The notes under the pieces were generated by a model, which saw only the letters and a program-made list of their open reading frames with translations, ran no database searches and was not told the DNA's origin. Both the position numbers and the translations under genes were made by a program. Positions 1 through 10,510 of a stretch of 32,000 nt of DNA are shown piece after piece (position 1 is the first letter of the stretch; each line of letters begins with the position of its first letter). The stretch covers positions 870,001 through 902,000 of the forward strand of contig NC_006833.1 of NCBI RefSeq assembly GCF_000008385.1, given 5' to 3'. Source of the DNA: Wolbachia endosymbiont strain TRS of Brugia malayi. Lineage in GTDB: Bacteria; Pseudomonadota; Alphaproteobacteria; Rickettsiales; Anaplasmataceae.

Positions 1-47
1 TTCGCAGTTAAGCATTATATTTTACTAAATTTCCTACTTTCTATGCA

Positions 48-1844
48 TCAATCACCTATTTTCAAAGCTTGAATAAAAGCATTATGTGGAATGTCCACGT
101 TTCCTACAGAATATAGTCTTTTCTTGCCTTTCTTTTGCTTTTCTAAAAGCTTCATTTTTCGTGTTACGTCTCCACCATAGAGTTTAGCTGTTACATCCTT
201 TCTATATGGGTTAATCGTTTCTCTTGCAACAATTTTACCGCCCACTGTTGCTTGAATTGCAATTTTATATTGCTGACGTGGTATTAAATCTCTCAAGCGC
301 GCACATATTTCACGTCCTCTTTTCTCAGATCTACTTTTGTGAACAATACAGGCCAATGCATCTACAGGTTCTCCATTAACTAAAAAGCTCAATTTATCTA
401 TTTGACTTTCCTGATAATTGGAAATTTCCCAATCCAAACTTGCGTATCCCTTAGAAATCGATTTCAACCTATCATAAAAATCCAAAACAACCTCAGACAG
501 TGGCAACTTATACTTCAACAACGCTGTCATTGTGTTACCAACGTAAGATAAATCCTCCTGTTTTCCTCTCCTTTCATCACATAGAGATAGAATTTCCCCT
601 AAATATTGGTCGGGTACCATTATAGTTGCAGTAATCCATGGCTCTTCTACTATTTTAATCTTTACTGAATCTGGCATATCATTTGGGTTATGAATATTCA
701 GAGTTTCACCACTTTGCGTTGTAACCTCATATATAACACTTGGTGCAGTTGCCGTTAAGTCCAAATCAAATTCTCTTTCGAGCCTTTCTTGGATAACCTC
801 AAGATGTAGCATCCCCAAGAAACCGCAACGAAACCCATAGCCGAGCGCATTTGAAGTTTCAGCTTCGAAGGTAAAACTTGTATCATTCAAATGTAACTTC
901 TCCAGCGCCTCTCTTAAATATTTAAAGCCATCTGTTTTGTTAGGGAAAATACTACAAAACACCACAGGGTGTATCTCTTTAAAGCCCGGCAATGCTTCAC
1001 CGCAAGGTTTTTTTTCTTCGGTAATAGTGTCCCCTACTTTGCAGTCTGCCATTTTTCTCATCGAAGCAGTTATAAAACCAACTTCACCTGCTGAGAGTTC
1101 ACTTGTCATTACTTTTTTAGGAGTAAAAATACCGATATTGTCTACTTGATATACAGCATTGTTAGACATCATAACAATCTTCATGCCTTTTTTTAGCACC
1201 CCATTTTTAACTCGTACTAAAATTACTACTCCCAAGTAAGGGTCATACCAACTATCAACTAAAATCGCCTGCAGTGGAGCATTTATATTACCCTGTGGAG
1301 CTGGAAGTTTTGTTATTATTGCTTCCAATACATCCCTTATTCCAAGTCCAGTTTTTGCCGATATTAAAATTGACTCACTAGAGCCAATGCCAATTATTTC
1401 TTCAACCTGAAGTTTTACCCTTTCTGGATCTGAGGCAGGAAGGTCAACTTTGTTGAGCACAACTATTATCTCATGATTATTGTCAATTGCCTTATATACA
1501 TTCGCAAGAGTTTGAGCTTCAACCCCCTGACTACTATCTATTACTAAGAGCGAACCTTCACATGCAGCTAAGCTTCGACTTACTTCATACGAAAAGTCAA
1601 CATGACCTGGAGTATCCATAAGGTTTAAACAATATCGATTACCATCATTTGCAGTATAGTTTAGCCTTACCGTCTGTGCTTTGATTGTGATCCCACGTTC
1701 GCGTTCTATATCCATCGAGTCGAGCACTTGATTGGTCATTTCTCTTGCCTCAAGACCATTACACTCCTCTATCAAACGGTCAGCAAGTGTTGATTTACCG
1801 TGATCTATATGTGCTATTATTGCAAAATTCCTTACATTGTCCAT
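48..1844 (-). CDS. lepA: Elongation factor 4 (LepA) GTPase
   Basis: 598-aa ORF; N-term [38 protein letters not shown]; typical LepA C-term [24 protein letters not shown]. Confidence 0.98.
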   Translation of the reverse strand: MDNVRNFAIIAHIDHGKSTLADRLIEECNGLEAREMTNQVLDSMDIERERGITIKAQTVRLNYTANDGNRYCLNLMDTPGHVDFSYEVSRSLAACEGSLLVIDSSQGVEAQTLANVYKAIDNNHEIIVVLNKVDLPASDPERVKLQVEEIIGIGSSESILISAKTGLGIRDVLEAIITKLPAPQGNINAPLQAILVDSWYDPYLGVVILVRVKNGVLKKGMKIVMMSNNAVYQVDNIGIFTPKKVMTSELSAGEVGFITASMRKMADCKVGDTITEEKKPCGEALPGFKEIHPVVFCSIFPNKTDGFKYLREALEKLHLNDTSFTFEAETSNALGYGFRCGFLGMLHLEVIQERLEREFDLDLTATAPSVIYEVTTQSGETLNIHNPNDMPDSVKIKIVEEPWITATIMVPDQYLGEILSLCDERRGKQEDLSYVGNTMTALLKYKLPLSEVVLDFYDRLKSISKGYASLDWEISNYQESQIDKLSFLVNGEPVDALACIVHKSRSEKRGREICARLRDLIPRQQYKIAIQATVGGKIVARETINPYRKDVTAKLYGGDVTRKMKLLEKQKKGKKRLYSVGNVDIPHNAFIQALKIGD

Positions 1845-1924
1845 TGATGGCTATTCTACTCATTTAAGTAGAACTATTTTACATTTTAAGTGTTGTAAGG
1901 GCAATTGTTTATTAAGAAACTTAT

Positions 1925-3295
1925 TTACTCCTTTAATATAGACGACACTTTTTTTGAGTGAGAAACTACTTTATTAACCATATAACTCTCATGATTGTTA
2001 TCTATTTTAGATAATTCATACAAATAGTTCACCATTATCCCAGCTGATTGGCCTATACCCTTTTCAGAGGTATCCGCCATCCAGTTTAGTTGTTTTATCG
2101 ATGCACCATTACTTAAATGAAAATGCGCCACTGGATCATAAGCACTGCCATTGCTGTTTTTAACCTTTAGCAAATAATGCGCACAAAGCTTCAGCAAGCA
2201 TTGTTTTACTTCACTTTCGCATTCAACGTTAGTTTTCAATTGACCTATATTTCCTAAAATTTCTGCACTAGATTGTTTTATATTCAGTTTGCTTAACAAA
2301 GTAATATCCTGGTTTAAATTTTCTTTTAGCCATTTTGCAAAGCCAGGTATTGGAGAAAGAGTTGCGTACACCTTTATGCTTTTAAATTCATGCGATAATT
2401 TTTCCACAACCCTTTTGATCAAAAAATTACCAAGACTGATTCCAGACAACCCTGCTTGGGTATTTGATATTGAATAGAATATGGCAGTGCTTGCATTACT
2501 TGGATCGCTTGAAGGTATTGACTCATCTAAAAGGTGTTGAATACTATTTGCTATTTCATTCATCAATGCAACCTCTACAAAAATTAAAGGTTCACTTGGT
2601 ATTTTATAATGAAAAAAAGCAAAACAGAGATGATCAGAATCTAGCCTGTTTTTTAAGTCACCCCACGAAGAAATTTTATGCACAGCTTCATATTTTATAA
2701 GTTTTTCCAACAATGATGCAGGTGAATCCCAGGTTATTTGACGAAGATCCAATAGATCAACATCAACCCAAGTACAAAGTATACTTTTTAATTCGTTCTC
2801 TAGCGGATTTAGACTTCTATATTGGCTCTTTAGCTTAAGCACATCAGAACGCATGTCAACAATAAACTTAAGACCTTCTGGTAAAGAGATAAACTGTTTC
2901 AATATTTTAGAACGTGGCGATTCAAGAATTCTTATTAAGTCCTGTTCAAATTTATAGCTCAATTCGGAATCTTGATTTTTCTTATATCCTTTTATTTTTT
3001 CATCTATTTCCGCTTTGCTTGGATTAAATTTTTCTGCCAGGGTTTGTAGAAACTTTATTCTACCTTTCTCTGATAAACTTAAGTACAGATTACCAAGAGA
3101 TACAGTATTCTTACGCGCCGAGACTTCCCCCCCTTTTGGATTTAAGCACTCGTTCATCTTTAAAATTAAACTATCGATATCGCGACTACTGCTTAAATCC
3201 GGACCAATATTGCCAATCCACGATCTTACAGTATCTGCCACTCCACCAAATATCTTAAAAAAGCTTTTTACTGCTTTCTTATCTTCAACTTTCAC
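1925..3295 (-). CDS. Malonyl-CoA decarboxylase family protein
   Basis: 456-aa ORF with MCD-like segments (ITWDSPASLLEKLIKYEAVHKISSWGDLKNRL; CFAFFHYKIPSEPLIFVEVAL; FYSISNTQAGLSGISLGNFLIKRV; TLSPIPGFAKWL). Confidence 0.9.
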   Translation of the reverse strand: MKVEDKKAVKSFFKIFGGVADTVRSWIGNIGPDLSSSRDIDSLILKMNECLNPKGGEVSARKNTVSLGNLYLSLSEKGRIKFLQTLAEKFNPSKAEIDEKIKGYKKNQDSELSYKFEQDLIRILESPRSKILKQFISLPEGLKFIVDMRSDVLKLKSQYRSLNPLENELKSILCTWVDVDLLDLRQITWDSPASLLEKLIKYEAVHKISSWGDLKNRLDSDHLCFAFFHYKIPSEPLIFVEVALMNEIANSIQHLLDESIPSSDPSNASTAIFYSISNTQAGLSGISLGNFLIKRVVEKLSHEFKSIKVYATLSPIPGFAKWLKENLNQDITLLSKLNIKQSSAEILGNIGQLKTNVECESEVKQCLLKLCAHYLLKVKNSNGSAYDPVAHFHLSNGASIKQLNWMADTSEKGIGQSAGIMVNYLYELSKIDNNHESYMVNKVVSHSKKVSSILKE

Positions 3296-3454
3296 TACAT
3301 TAAATTCAACTAATGATTCTTTTACTATAGACTTCTTTTACCGTATATCTATATTAAACCAAAGAAAAATCTTAGTCCACATAACAGGTACCATTACCAA
3401 ATCATTAGCAATTTCTATAATAGAATTAACTATAGAGTGTTAACAGAGAAAAAT

Positions 3455-4440
3455 GTTATGACAGAAGCAAAAAAAAGTCCAACGGTTACATTAAGGGCCA
3501 AGCTGAAAAGTTTGACTCTAGCAAACTAAGGACTACAAAAGACAATAAATTAGCTAATTCTAGCGAAATGATGTACTTAGATCCTCAAAGAATGAATCTT
3601 GTCATCAACAGAAAAAAATAAATAAAAACTTTATTATTGCATTGAAAGAAGGAACTAAGAATTATAAAAGTAAACTTTTTAGTAAAAATGATATCTATAA
3701 TCTCGTGCGTGGAAAAGAAATAGATACTGAGCAGGGCAGAGTTTTTGTTGATTCAGTGTTTAAAGATCTTGAAAAAGAGCTTACGTAAGGCACATTGCGT
3801 GAGTTATGGGATGATCACTACAAAAATCCCGAAATTACTGATCATCAAAAAACTGACGTATATAAAAAAGAGTTCTAAAAATTTTATAATGTAGGCCAGA
3901 GTCATAAGCACCTATTACTGAAAAAAGGGAATGAAAATTATCGTCCAATTGCAAAAGAAATTTTTAAGGAAATGTTTAAATATACTAAGTAGAAGTTTCA
4001 AGCAACTTCATTTTAGAAGAGCTAGTTACTAATTACAATCAAGCAGGGTATGAATTTACTGTAAGCATGCCCATTCTTGAATGGTTCACTTCTGGAGTAT
4101 GGATTAAAAGGAAAATATAAGCAAGAATAAAACAATGTATATCAATTGTACTGATTCAAGTAGTGCAGAAGTAAAATCTGATATGTCAGTACCTGTAGTA
4201 AAATTTGACAATCTAGGTAAAAAAATATGCGAATTAAACAGCTCACTAGAATTCACACTTGAATCTCAAAACGGTAAAAATGGTGTAATAATAAAGACGG
4301 TAAATTATCACTCACTGCTCCTAGAGAGTTGGAAAATCATTACACTATTAGTGAAGAAGAGCAGTTACAATCAGATGATACTGTGAAAAAAAGCCTACTT
4401 GATATTTATTATCGAATCTTTTTTAAGCTTTATTGAAAAG
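3455..4440 (+). pseudogene. Unidentified decayed coding region
   Basis: Protein-like segments in shifting frames broken by stops: DSSKLRTTKDNKLANSSEMMYLDPQRMNLVINRKK; NLVRGKEIDTEQGRVFVDSVFKDLEKELT; NENYRPIAKEIFKEMFKYTK; MYINCTDSSSAEVKSDMSVPVVKFDNLGKKICELNSSLEFTLES. Family not recognised; boundaries approximate. Confidence 0.5.
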
Positions 4441-4701
4441 TTCGTCGGTACAAAACTTAAAAATAAACAGGGTATTTATCATTGAGTAAAAAATGCGATG
4501 ATACTAAATCGCAGCAACAGCTCAGAGGTAATGGTAATCAAAGATACTGTCACTCTTGAATAAAAATAGAATATAGCTTAGAAGACTAGCTAAAAGTAGA
4601 CAGTCTCCTGGAAAGTTAGAAACCACCAGTACATTGTAATGTGCATGTCCGTGATAGTAAGGGATTGTAGTTATTGAATTCTCTAACTTTCACCTCCTCA
4701 T

Positions 4702-5340
4702 TTAACATATACCAGCATCATCTATCACTTCTAAATAAACCATTGCCAATATACACCACTGAGAACTTCTACAGATATCCTTGCTATTCAAACTAAGATT
4801 AAAGCAAGAATTCTTTCCTGGAAAGGTATGGTCACTAAGATGCAGCTCCCATCTTAATCCTTTAGTTGATATTTGTGCTTTGGGTATACCAAGTAAAGAT
4901 ATTTTAGTATTTCGCGGCAAAGAAAAATGAGTAATGCCTTTCTGTAAGGTGTAACCTATCACGGGAGGCAAATGCGTGTAAAAGATGCTGTCTTTATCTA
5001 GAAAAATGCTAATATTCTGTAATATGTAATCAGCTGCTTCTCCAGTAACATCTGTTATTATCGATGGCAATAATTTCATTGTCTTTAAGTGAGCTATAGC
5101 TTTAGAAAAGTCGCAATAATTTTAATCAGGCAGATATACCGTGTTTAAACTAGTACGCAAATTCGGATTTATACTATCTAAATCTCCTATTACAAGGTCA
5201 GGTTGTATACAATTGATATAAAGCTGATTTTTGTCCCTCCATTTACAGCACAATAGGCATGCCTTGTTTAAAGAACAATGAATTAGGGTATCTCTCCACT
5301 TAGTACTATAATGAAAGGATATTATTGGTGTGTGCTGCAA
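4702..5340 (-). pseudogene. Thiamine pyrophosphokinase (thiN-like), inactivated
   Basis: ORFs 5122..5340 (CIQPDLVIGDLDSINPNLR) and 4702..5079 (GYTLQKGITHFSLPRNTKISLLGIPKAQISTKGLRWEL) are in the same frame, separated by one TAA; the 14 codons between read NYCDFSKAIAHLKT. N-terminal part needs two further frame changes (MPIV / CAVNGG / NQLY). Confidence 0.85.
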
Positions 5341-5429
5341 TATAGTACATAATTATAAAATGTTTTGTGCGGATTTTGCATCGTATTTGAATAATTGATA
5401 CTGTATTAATTATTATCCAAACTAACCGT

Positions 5430-6100
5430 TGGTTGTGCATCTTGCTCAGAGATCAAGGCACCAGTAAATTACTTATCAATGGACTTTCTGCTTTCTATTC
5501 AATTGTACGCTTTTGTTTTTTTCAAAATGAGCTATATTTTTTCAATAATTCCTATTGCATTTTACACTATATGTTTTCTTGCAGAGGTAATAGCATGTGC
5601 TTGTTGACACCTTAACATTGCTTGTGCAATCTCAGATGAATATACCAAATGAGATATCTTCGCTTCTATAATTTCAATTCCCGCAATATCTAATATTTGC
5701 TGTAACATTGACCACAATTCACCTAAAATTTTATCAGAATTTTTACGTAAAGATTACTCATCGTCTTCGCCACCATATGGATAATTGCTTGCCAACTCTC
5801 TAATTATTGAGTCACTCTGTATAAAAACAAAGTCATAATAATTATTAACATTATAATATGCTTTTGCAAAACTGCTCACTCTTCAAACAATCATTACTGA
5901 AATCTCTACTGGACTGCCGTTTTGCATTATTCACTTTTATTTTTTCTGTAAAGTAAGTTCCCATATAATGACCAAGAAATCCTATCACTCTTGCTCCATT
6001 AGGGTTATTGATGAAAAACCTTTGAAAAAAAGCCAACATTGAAATAGTAGCAATTCCAAGTGCAATCGCACTATCATATGCTACAAAAGTACCGATAAAA
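5430..6100 (-). pseudogene. SPFH/band-7 (stomatin/prohibitin-like) protein, decayed
   Basis: Minus-strand fragments AIALGIATISMLAFFQRFFINNPNGARVIGFLGHYMGTYFTE and DKILGELWSMLQQILDIAGIEIIEAKISHLVYSSEIAQAMLRCQQAHAITSARKHIV in disrupted frames; boundaries approximate. Confidence 0.75.
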
Positions 6101-6249
6101 TTAATCCTAACACTATTAGTACAGGAAAAATCTGGAGTTAACTTAACTTTCTATCATTTATCGTATTATTATCTATATTATTCTTATATCACTTGACCCC
6201 CCTCTATTGATAGTTTCATCTATTTTATTTATAAAATAGTTTTAAAATC

Positions 6250-6890
6250 CTTTAATTCGTGATCAAACAACCTCACCTCACTTTCATGTGCTATTGTAAG
6301 TGGATTAATGTGTTTGCTGTGTATACAACTTCGCAATGTAAATGTGGTCCTGTTACAATACCAGTGCTACCAACATAAGTATAACTTGTCTCTGCTCTAT
6401 TCTAGAGCCTAACTTCATATCACTACTAAATCCACTCATGTGCGCACAGCAGGTTAAATATCCGTTCTTATGTTTTATTTTGATGTACTTACCGTATCCT
6501 CCTTTATTTCCTATGTATTCTATTACACCTTCTGCAGTAGCGAATACGGGTACCAGGTTTAGCTGCATAACCTACTCCTTGTGAAAAGCAATTTTACCAC
6601 GAATAGGATGCTTTCTATTGCCCAATTGTAAAGATATACGATAATCTCCGTTAAAGGATTTATAAAAGCTTTATCGTCCTTTAAGCTTATCCCTTCTTTA
6701 CTAAAATACCCTTCTCTGCCGTTTTGCGATTTGTAATGATATAAACTAAATGGTCTTTTTGTTTGTTGTCAGTAAAGTATACAAAATTTTCTCTTCATTC
6801 TTCTGACTATTAAGCGACCTCCCAAAAAGAACTTCTAATCTACTTTCTAGTATAATATCTTTTTTTAATCAATACCAAGATCTTTACATA
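6250..6890 (-). pseudogene. M23-family (LytM/NlpD-like) peptidase, decayed
   Basis: Minus-strand fragments YHYKSQNGREGYFSKEGISLKDDKAFINPLTE; VPVFATAEGVIEYIGNKGGYGKYIKIKHKNGYLTCCAHMSGFS; GPHLHCEVVYTANTLIHLQ, in different frames. Confidence 0.85.
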
Positions 6891-7042
6891 TTTCAATTAA
6901 TTCCATCACTGTATTTGGTGTTAACCCTTATTCAATTCTTATAGCAAAGAAGAAAGATTTTATGTCACTGGATATGAATAACAACTTTCTATCATGCACT
7001 AATTTTCCTGTGTTGCTTTCTGTCATTTCAAAACCCTTTCCT

Positions 7043-7149
7043 GTCATTCCAGTACGTGATACTGGAATCCAGTTTTTATTATATAACTGTTTAGTGTGTC
7101 CATTTGTAATTGAATCTTCTGGATCCCAGTGTCTAGGCACTGGAATGAC
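7043..7149. repeat. Imperfect palindromic intergenic element (Wolbachia-style repeat)
   Basis: Arm 1 gtcattccagtacgtgatactggaatccag (7043-7072), arm 2 ctggatcccagtgtctaggcactggaatgac (7119-7149), near-perfect reverse complements around a 46-nt spacer. Confidence 0.8.
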
Positions 7150-7312
7150 ATCTCTTTTGGTAAAAATTATCCTTATATCACAATGTTCGTACAGTTGTTT
7201 GTTTGATACTGGCTCTTTTATCCCGATTACGCTCAGGAATGACATCAAAAGACTGTTGATGCCCTATGGGTATGTAATGGTAAGACAAAAAGTAGTATAA
7301 GTATAATTAATT

Positions 7313-8068
7313 TCATAACTTAAGCGACAGGCCAGCAAAAGCAAAATTACCTTCAACGTATTGCACATCATCATTATCTTCCAACTCTTCAACCAATGCA
7401 GATAATTTATCGATCAACTTTTTATCACTAATTTCAATCAGGTCCTTTGGCTGCCATGAAAGTCGAGCAAGTTCTGGCTCTCCAAATTTTGCATAAAAAG
7501 CATTACGTACCTTGCCAAAATCTTTTACTCTACAGGTTATAACATATAATCCTTCTATGTTATTTTCCTCAACATTCAATACTTCTAATTCGATTCCATG
7601 ACTAAATAAATCGTCAAAATTTACACTTTCTGCTTTATAAACGATTAAGCCTACATGATCAAAAAGATAACTTACGCTTCCTGTTTCCCCCAAACTTCCA
7701 TTTTTGCGAGAAAAAATATAACGCACCTCAGAAGCAGCTCGATTACGATTATTCGTCAGAACATGAACAATGAGTGCAGTACCAAAAGGTCCATGGCCTT
7801 CATACTGTATTTCTTCATAATTTTCCCCAGCAACATTACCAGCTGCATTTTTTATTGCTGTTTCTATCCTATCTTTTGGCAGATTTTCTTTGCGTGCAGC
7901 AAATACAGCAGAGCGAAGACGCGGGTTGAATTCAGGATCAGGTAGCCCTTGCTTTGCAGCAACTGTTATTTCTCTAATGAGTTTTGTAAATCTTTGAGAG
8001 CGCTTTGCATCTTGGGCACCTTTCCGATACTTTATATTTGAAAATTGTGAATGACCAGCCATATTCAA
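7313..8068 (-). CDS. yebC: YebC/PmpR-family transcriptional regulator
   Basis: 251-aa ORF; MAGHSQFSNIKYRKGAQDAKRSQRFTKLIREI, NRNRAASEVRYIFSRKNGSLGETGSVSYLFD; probable true start at internal MAGHS (codon at 8060-8062). Confidence 0.96.
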   Translation of the reverse strand: MNMAGHSQFSNIKYRKGAQDAKRSQRFTKLIREITVAAKQGLPDPEFNPRLRSAVFAARKENLPKDRIETAIKNAAGNVAGENYEEIQYEGHGPFGTALIVHVLTNNRNRAASEVRYIFSRKNGSLGETGSVSYLFDHVGLIVYKAESVNFDDLFSHGIELEVLNVEENNIEGLYVITCRVKDFGKVRNAFYAKFGEPELARLSWQPKDLIEISDKKLIDKLSALVEELEDNDDVQYVEGNFAFAGLSLKL

Positions 8069-8127
8069 ATGGTTAAAAATCTAAATTATACACCGAAGCT
8101 GGAGAAAGCTAAAGCAAATTTTCAAGT

Positions 8128-8841
8128 TTACTGTTCTACAGTATTCTCTTTGAGGTTCTCTGCTAATAGACTTTCATACTGCCCAGCTTCTAGATCAAGA
8201 CCAAGAGCCGAATAAGCTGCTATTAAATAGTTAATAGATCTGGGGAAATAGCTATAATCCTTACTGCTTATTATATTTTGAAAACGCTTAATTGCTGCTA
8301 GATATTCACCACGCCTAAAATAGAACTTACCGATAGAATATTCTTTCTTTAGTATATGATCCGTGATTAGTCTTACCTTTTCCTTCATTTCTTCTATATA
8401 TTCACTCTCTGAAAAAAGATTAACGTACTCTGCAGCTAGTTCTAAAGCCTTATATGCAGTTTGTTGTCCAAGCTGCACCCTATTAATTTGCATATAATAA
8501 GATAACACCCTTAAGTAATACACGTACGGTAAATCCTCACCATTTGGATAAATATATATATAATCGTCCATATCACTTGCAGCACTGCTATAGTCATCCA
8601 TATTGTAGTGAGAAATACCAGACAACAATTTTGCTTTCATTGCCCAATAAGAAAAAGGATACAAATCCTCAATTTTCCGAAATGCTCTGATAGCTTGTTT
8701 GTATTTTTTCTGGTCAAAAAGCTCAACTGCTTCCTCATATAGCTCAGTTTCACTCTTCTCAAGATGAACATCATCACTTGCATATGATCGCGTAAAGGAG
8801 CAAACTAGAAAAATAAAGCACGTGATTAAAGCCTTATACAT
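8128..8841 (-). CDS. bamD: Outer-membrane assembly lipoprotein BamD (ComL/YfiO)
   Basis: 237-aa ORF with N-terminal signal-like segment and TPR-like repeats (LYEEAVELFDQKKYKQAIRAFRKIEDLYPFSYWAMKAKLLSGISHY; EYLAAIKRFQNIISSKDYSYFPRSINYLIAAYSALGL). Confidence 0.9.
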   Translation of the reverse strand: MYKALITCFIFLVCSFTRSYASDDVHLEKSETELYEEAVELFDQKKYKQAIRAFRKIEDLYPFSYWAMKAKLLSGISHYNMDDYSSAASDMDDYIYIYPNGEDLPYVYYLRVLSYYMQINRVQLGQQTAYKALELAAEYVNLFSESEYIEEMKEKVRLITDHILKKEYSIGKFYFRRGEYLAAIKRFQNIISSKDYSYFPRSINYLIAAYSALGLDLEAGQYESLLAENLKENTVEQ

Positions 8842-9049
8842 AAAGATTTTTTTATCAAAATAAAGTAAAGTATAGATTAAATATCATCTAAATAAACAAA
8901 TTTCTAGGATTACCATAAAGTTAAAGCGGCATTTTTTGCTTAGGATCACAATTGTATAGACATTGTTACTTGACAAACTGAGGCTCAAGTAGCTTACAGA
9001 AACGAAAAGCTACTTAACAAACCTGGCAACTCTCCTTATCATAGCGCTG

Positions 9050-9330
9050 AAGCTATTCATTTATTTTCAGTCTATGTAGATAAAATGATAAAAAACTTAA
9101 TGTACTTGGCGTCTTAAATGTTTAATTTTTTGTACCATGCATATCTCATGTCTTTGTAAACTTTTAAGGTTTTTACCTAATATAAGCTAAGGTACACTTG
9201 TTAAGCACTCGAGACAGTAAAAAATGCAATTTAAAAAATAGATAGTAAATAACTAGCTAACAGGGGTTTTTTTGCCTTTTTTCTCATTGGTAAATTTCTT
9301 AAATATTTATAACTAAAGATTTACCGGCAA
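9050..9330. repeat. Copy A of a diverged dispersed intergenic repeat
   Basis: Co-linear similarity by eye with 23143-23420, e.g. tttaattttttgtaccatgcatatctcatgtcttt versus tttaattttttgcactatgtgtaccttatgtcttc, and ggtaaatttcttaaatatttataact versus ggtaagcttcttaaatatttatagct. Confidence 0.65.
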
Positions 9331-9418
9331 CTACTGCTTGTTAGCGGGATCTATACCGCAGCGATATGACAACATTAAGCACTGGAATGATATCGTTTAC
9401 TACGAACATCACATTATA

Positions 9419-10402
9419 TCACATGTTTGTGCAGATATGAATCGAGTCACGATCTACTATATCGATCACACTAGCGCCTGTTATACTTTTTCCACTGACT
9501 TTTACATTCTTCAACTCCCTCTTATAAGAATGTGTAATGAGTCCACTTCCTACTATCAAAAGAGCAATAGCTGCTAAACCTAGAGCAGGACTTAATGATG
9601 ATGCTAATGTTATTAACATTACCCTTCTTATTAACATTACAGAAGAACCAGCAAGCATTAACCCAGCCATAGGTATATTGCTATTATTTTTGCTGAGTTC
9701 CTCAGCATGGCTAAGTTTCTCCGTTTCCCTTTCCTTATTTTCTTTATTTTCTTTTTTATAATTATAAAAAGCTATGGCGAAAGAAAGTATACTAGCTGTG
9801 AAAAAAAGCGCTTCCTCTGCCACTTTAAGTGGCGACACTTCATCCATTATCTGACCCACAATAACCAACACAGTTGATATTACCTCAATATAAGCCAAAC
9901 ATTGATCTATATCAGGACAGTTGTACTTTTTCTTTTCTATTTCTCTTCCATTTTCAATATTTTCCAACTCTCGTTCTTTTTGTATTATCTTTCTATTATT
10001 GTAAATTAGATATAGCATACAAATAAGAGATAGGACTGAAAAAGGCAGTAAAGTATGACCTAGTCCAACACTTATTACAACGAGTAATATCTGATCGCTA
10101 CATATTTTTTTTAGCTCAATAGCCATGAGTAACGCAAATGGGATCATTGTAGCCAATGATACATATTGCCTATATAACTCTCTTTTTTTTAGTGTTAGTA
10201 GTTCTTGTTCGAGCTTTTTCTTTTTTTCCGCTTTTTCTCCTTTCAGCGTTGATAGCTCCAGTTTCTTCCTTTTCTCTGTTTCCTCTTTTAGTGCTAATAA
10301 CTCCTGTTCAAACCTTTCTTTTTTGACTTCTCCATCAACTGTTGGACAAAAATCTCGAAAAAAATCTTCAGCAGAAAATTTAGTTCCAAAGTTACTAGTC
10401 AT
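9419..10402 (-). CDS. Hypothetical membrane protein with N-terminal coiled coil
   Basis: 327-aa ORF; charged Glu/Lys heptad-like N-term then several hydrophobic segments (YVSLATMIPFALLMAI, ILLVVISVGLGHTLLPFSVLSLICMLYLIY, SVMLIRRVMLITLASSLSPALGLAAIALLIVGSGL). Confidence 0.7.
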   Translation of the reverse strand: MTSNFGTKFSAEDFFRDFCPTVDGEVKKERFEQELLALKEETEKRKKLELSTLKGEKAEKKKKLEQELLTLKKRELYRQYVSLATMIPFALLMAIELKKICSDQILLVVISVGLGHTLLPFSVLSLICMLYLIYNNRKIIQKERELENIENGREIEKKKYNCPDIDQCLAYIEVISTVLVIVGQIMDEVSPLKVAEEALFFTASILSFAIAFYNYKKENKENKERETEKLSHAEELSKNNSNIPMAGLMLAGSSVMLIRRVMLITLASSLSPALGLAAIALLIVGSGLITHSYKRELKNVKVSGKSITGASVIDIVDRDSIHICTNM

Positions 10403-10510
10403 ATAAATCCTATTGACCTATGAACCAACATATTATACAAGATTTTAATTATTCAGTCAATACTAATGAAATATTAACGTATCTTATCTATTAATTAATC
10501 TTCAAAAAAT

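Noticed and set aside
2289-3443. Plus-strand ORFs across the malonyl-CoA decarboxylase gene
   Set aside because: Shadow ORFs of the well-supported minus-strand gene.
6928-7300. Opposing 106-aa and 112-aa ORFs
   Set aside because: Both are produced by the palindromic repeat and flanking intergenic repeat modules; no protein-like domain.
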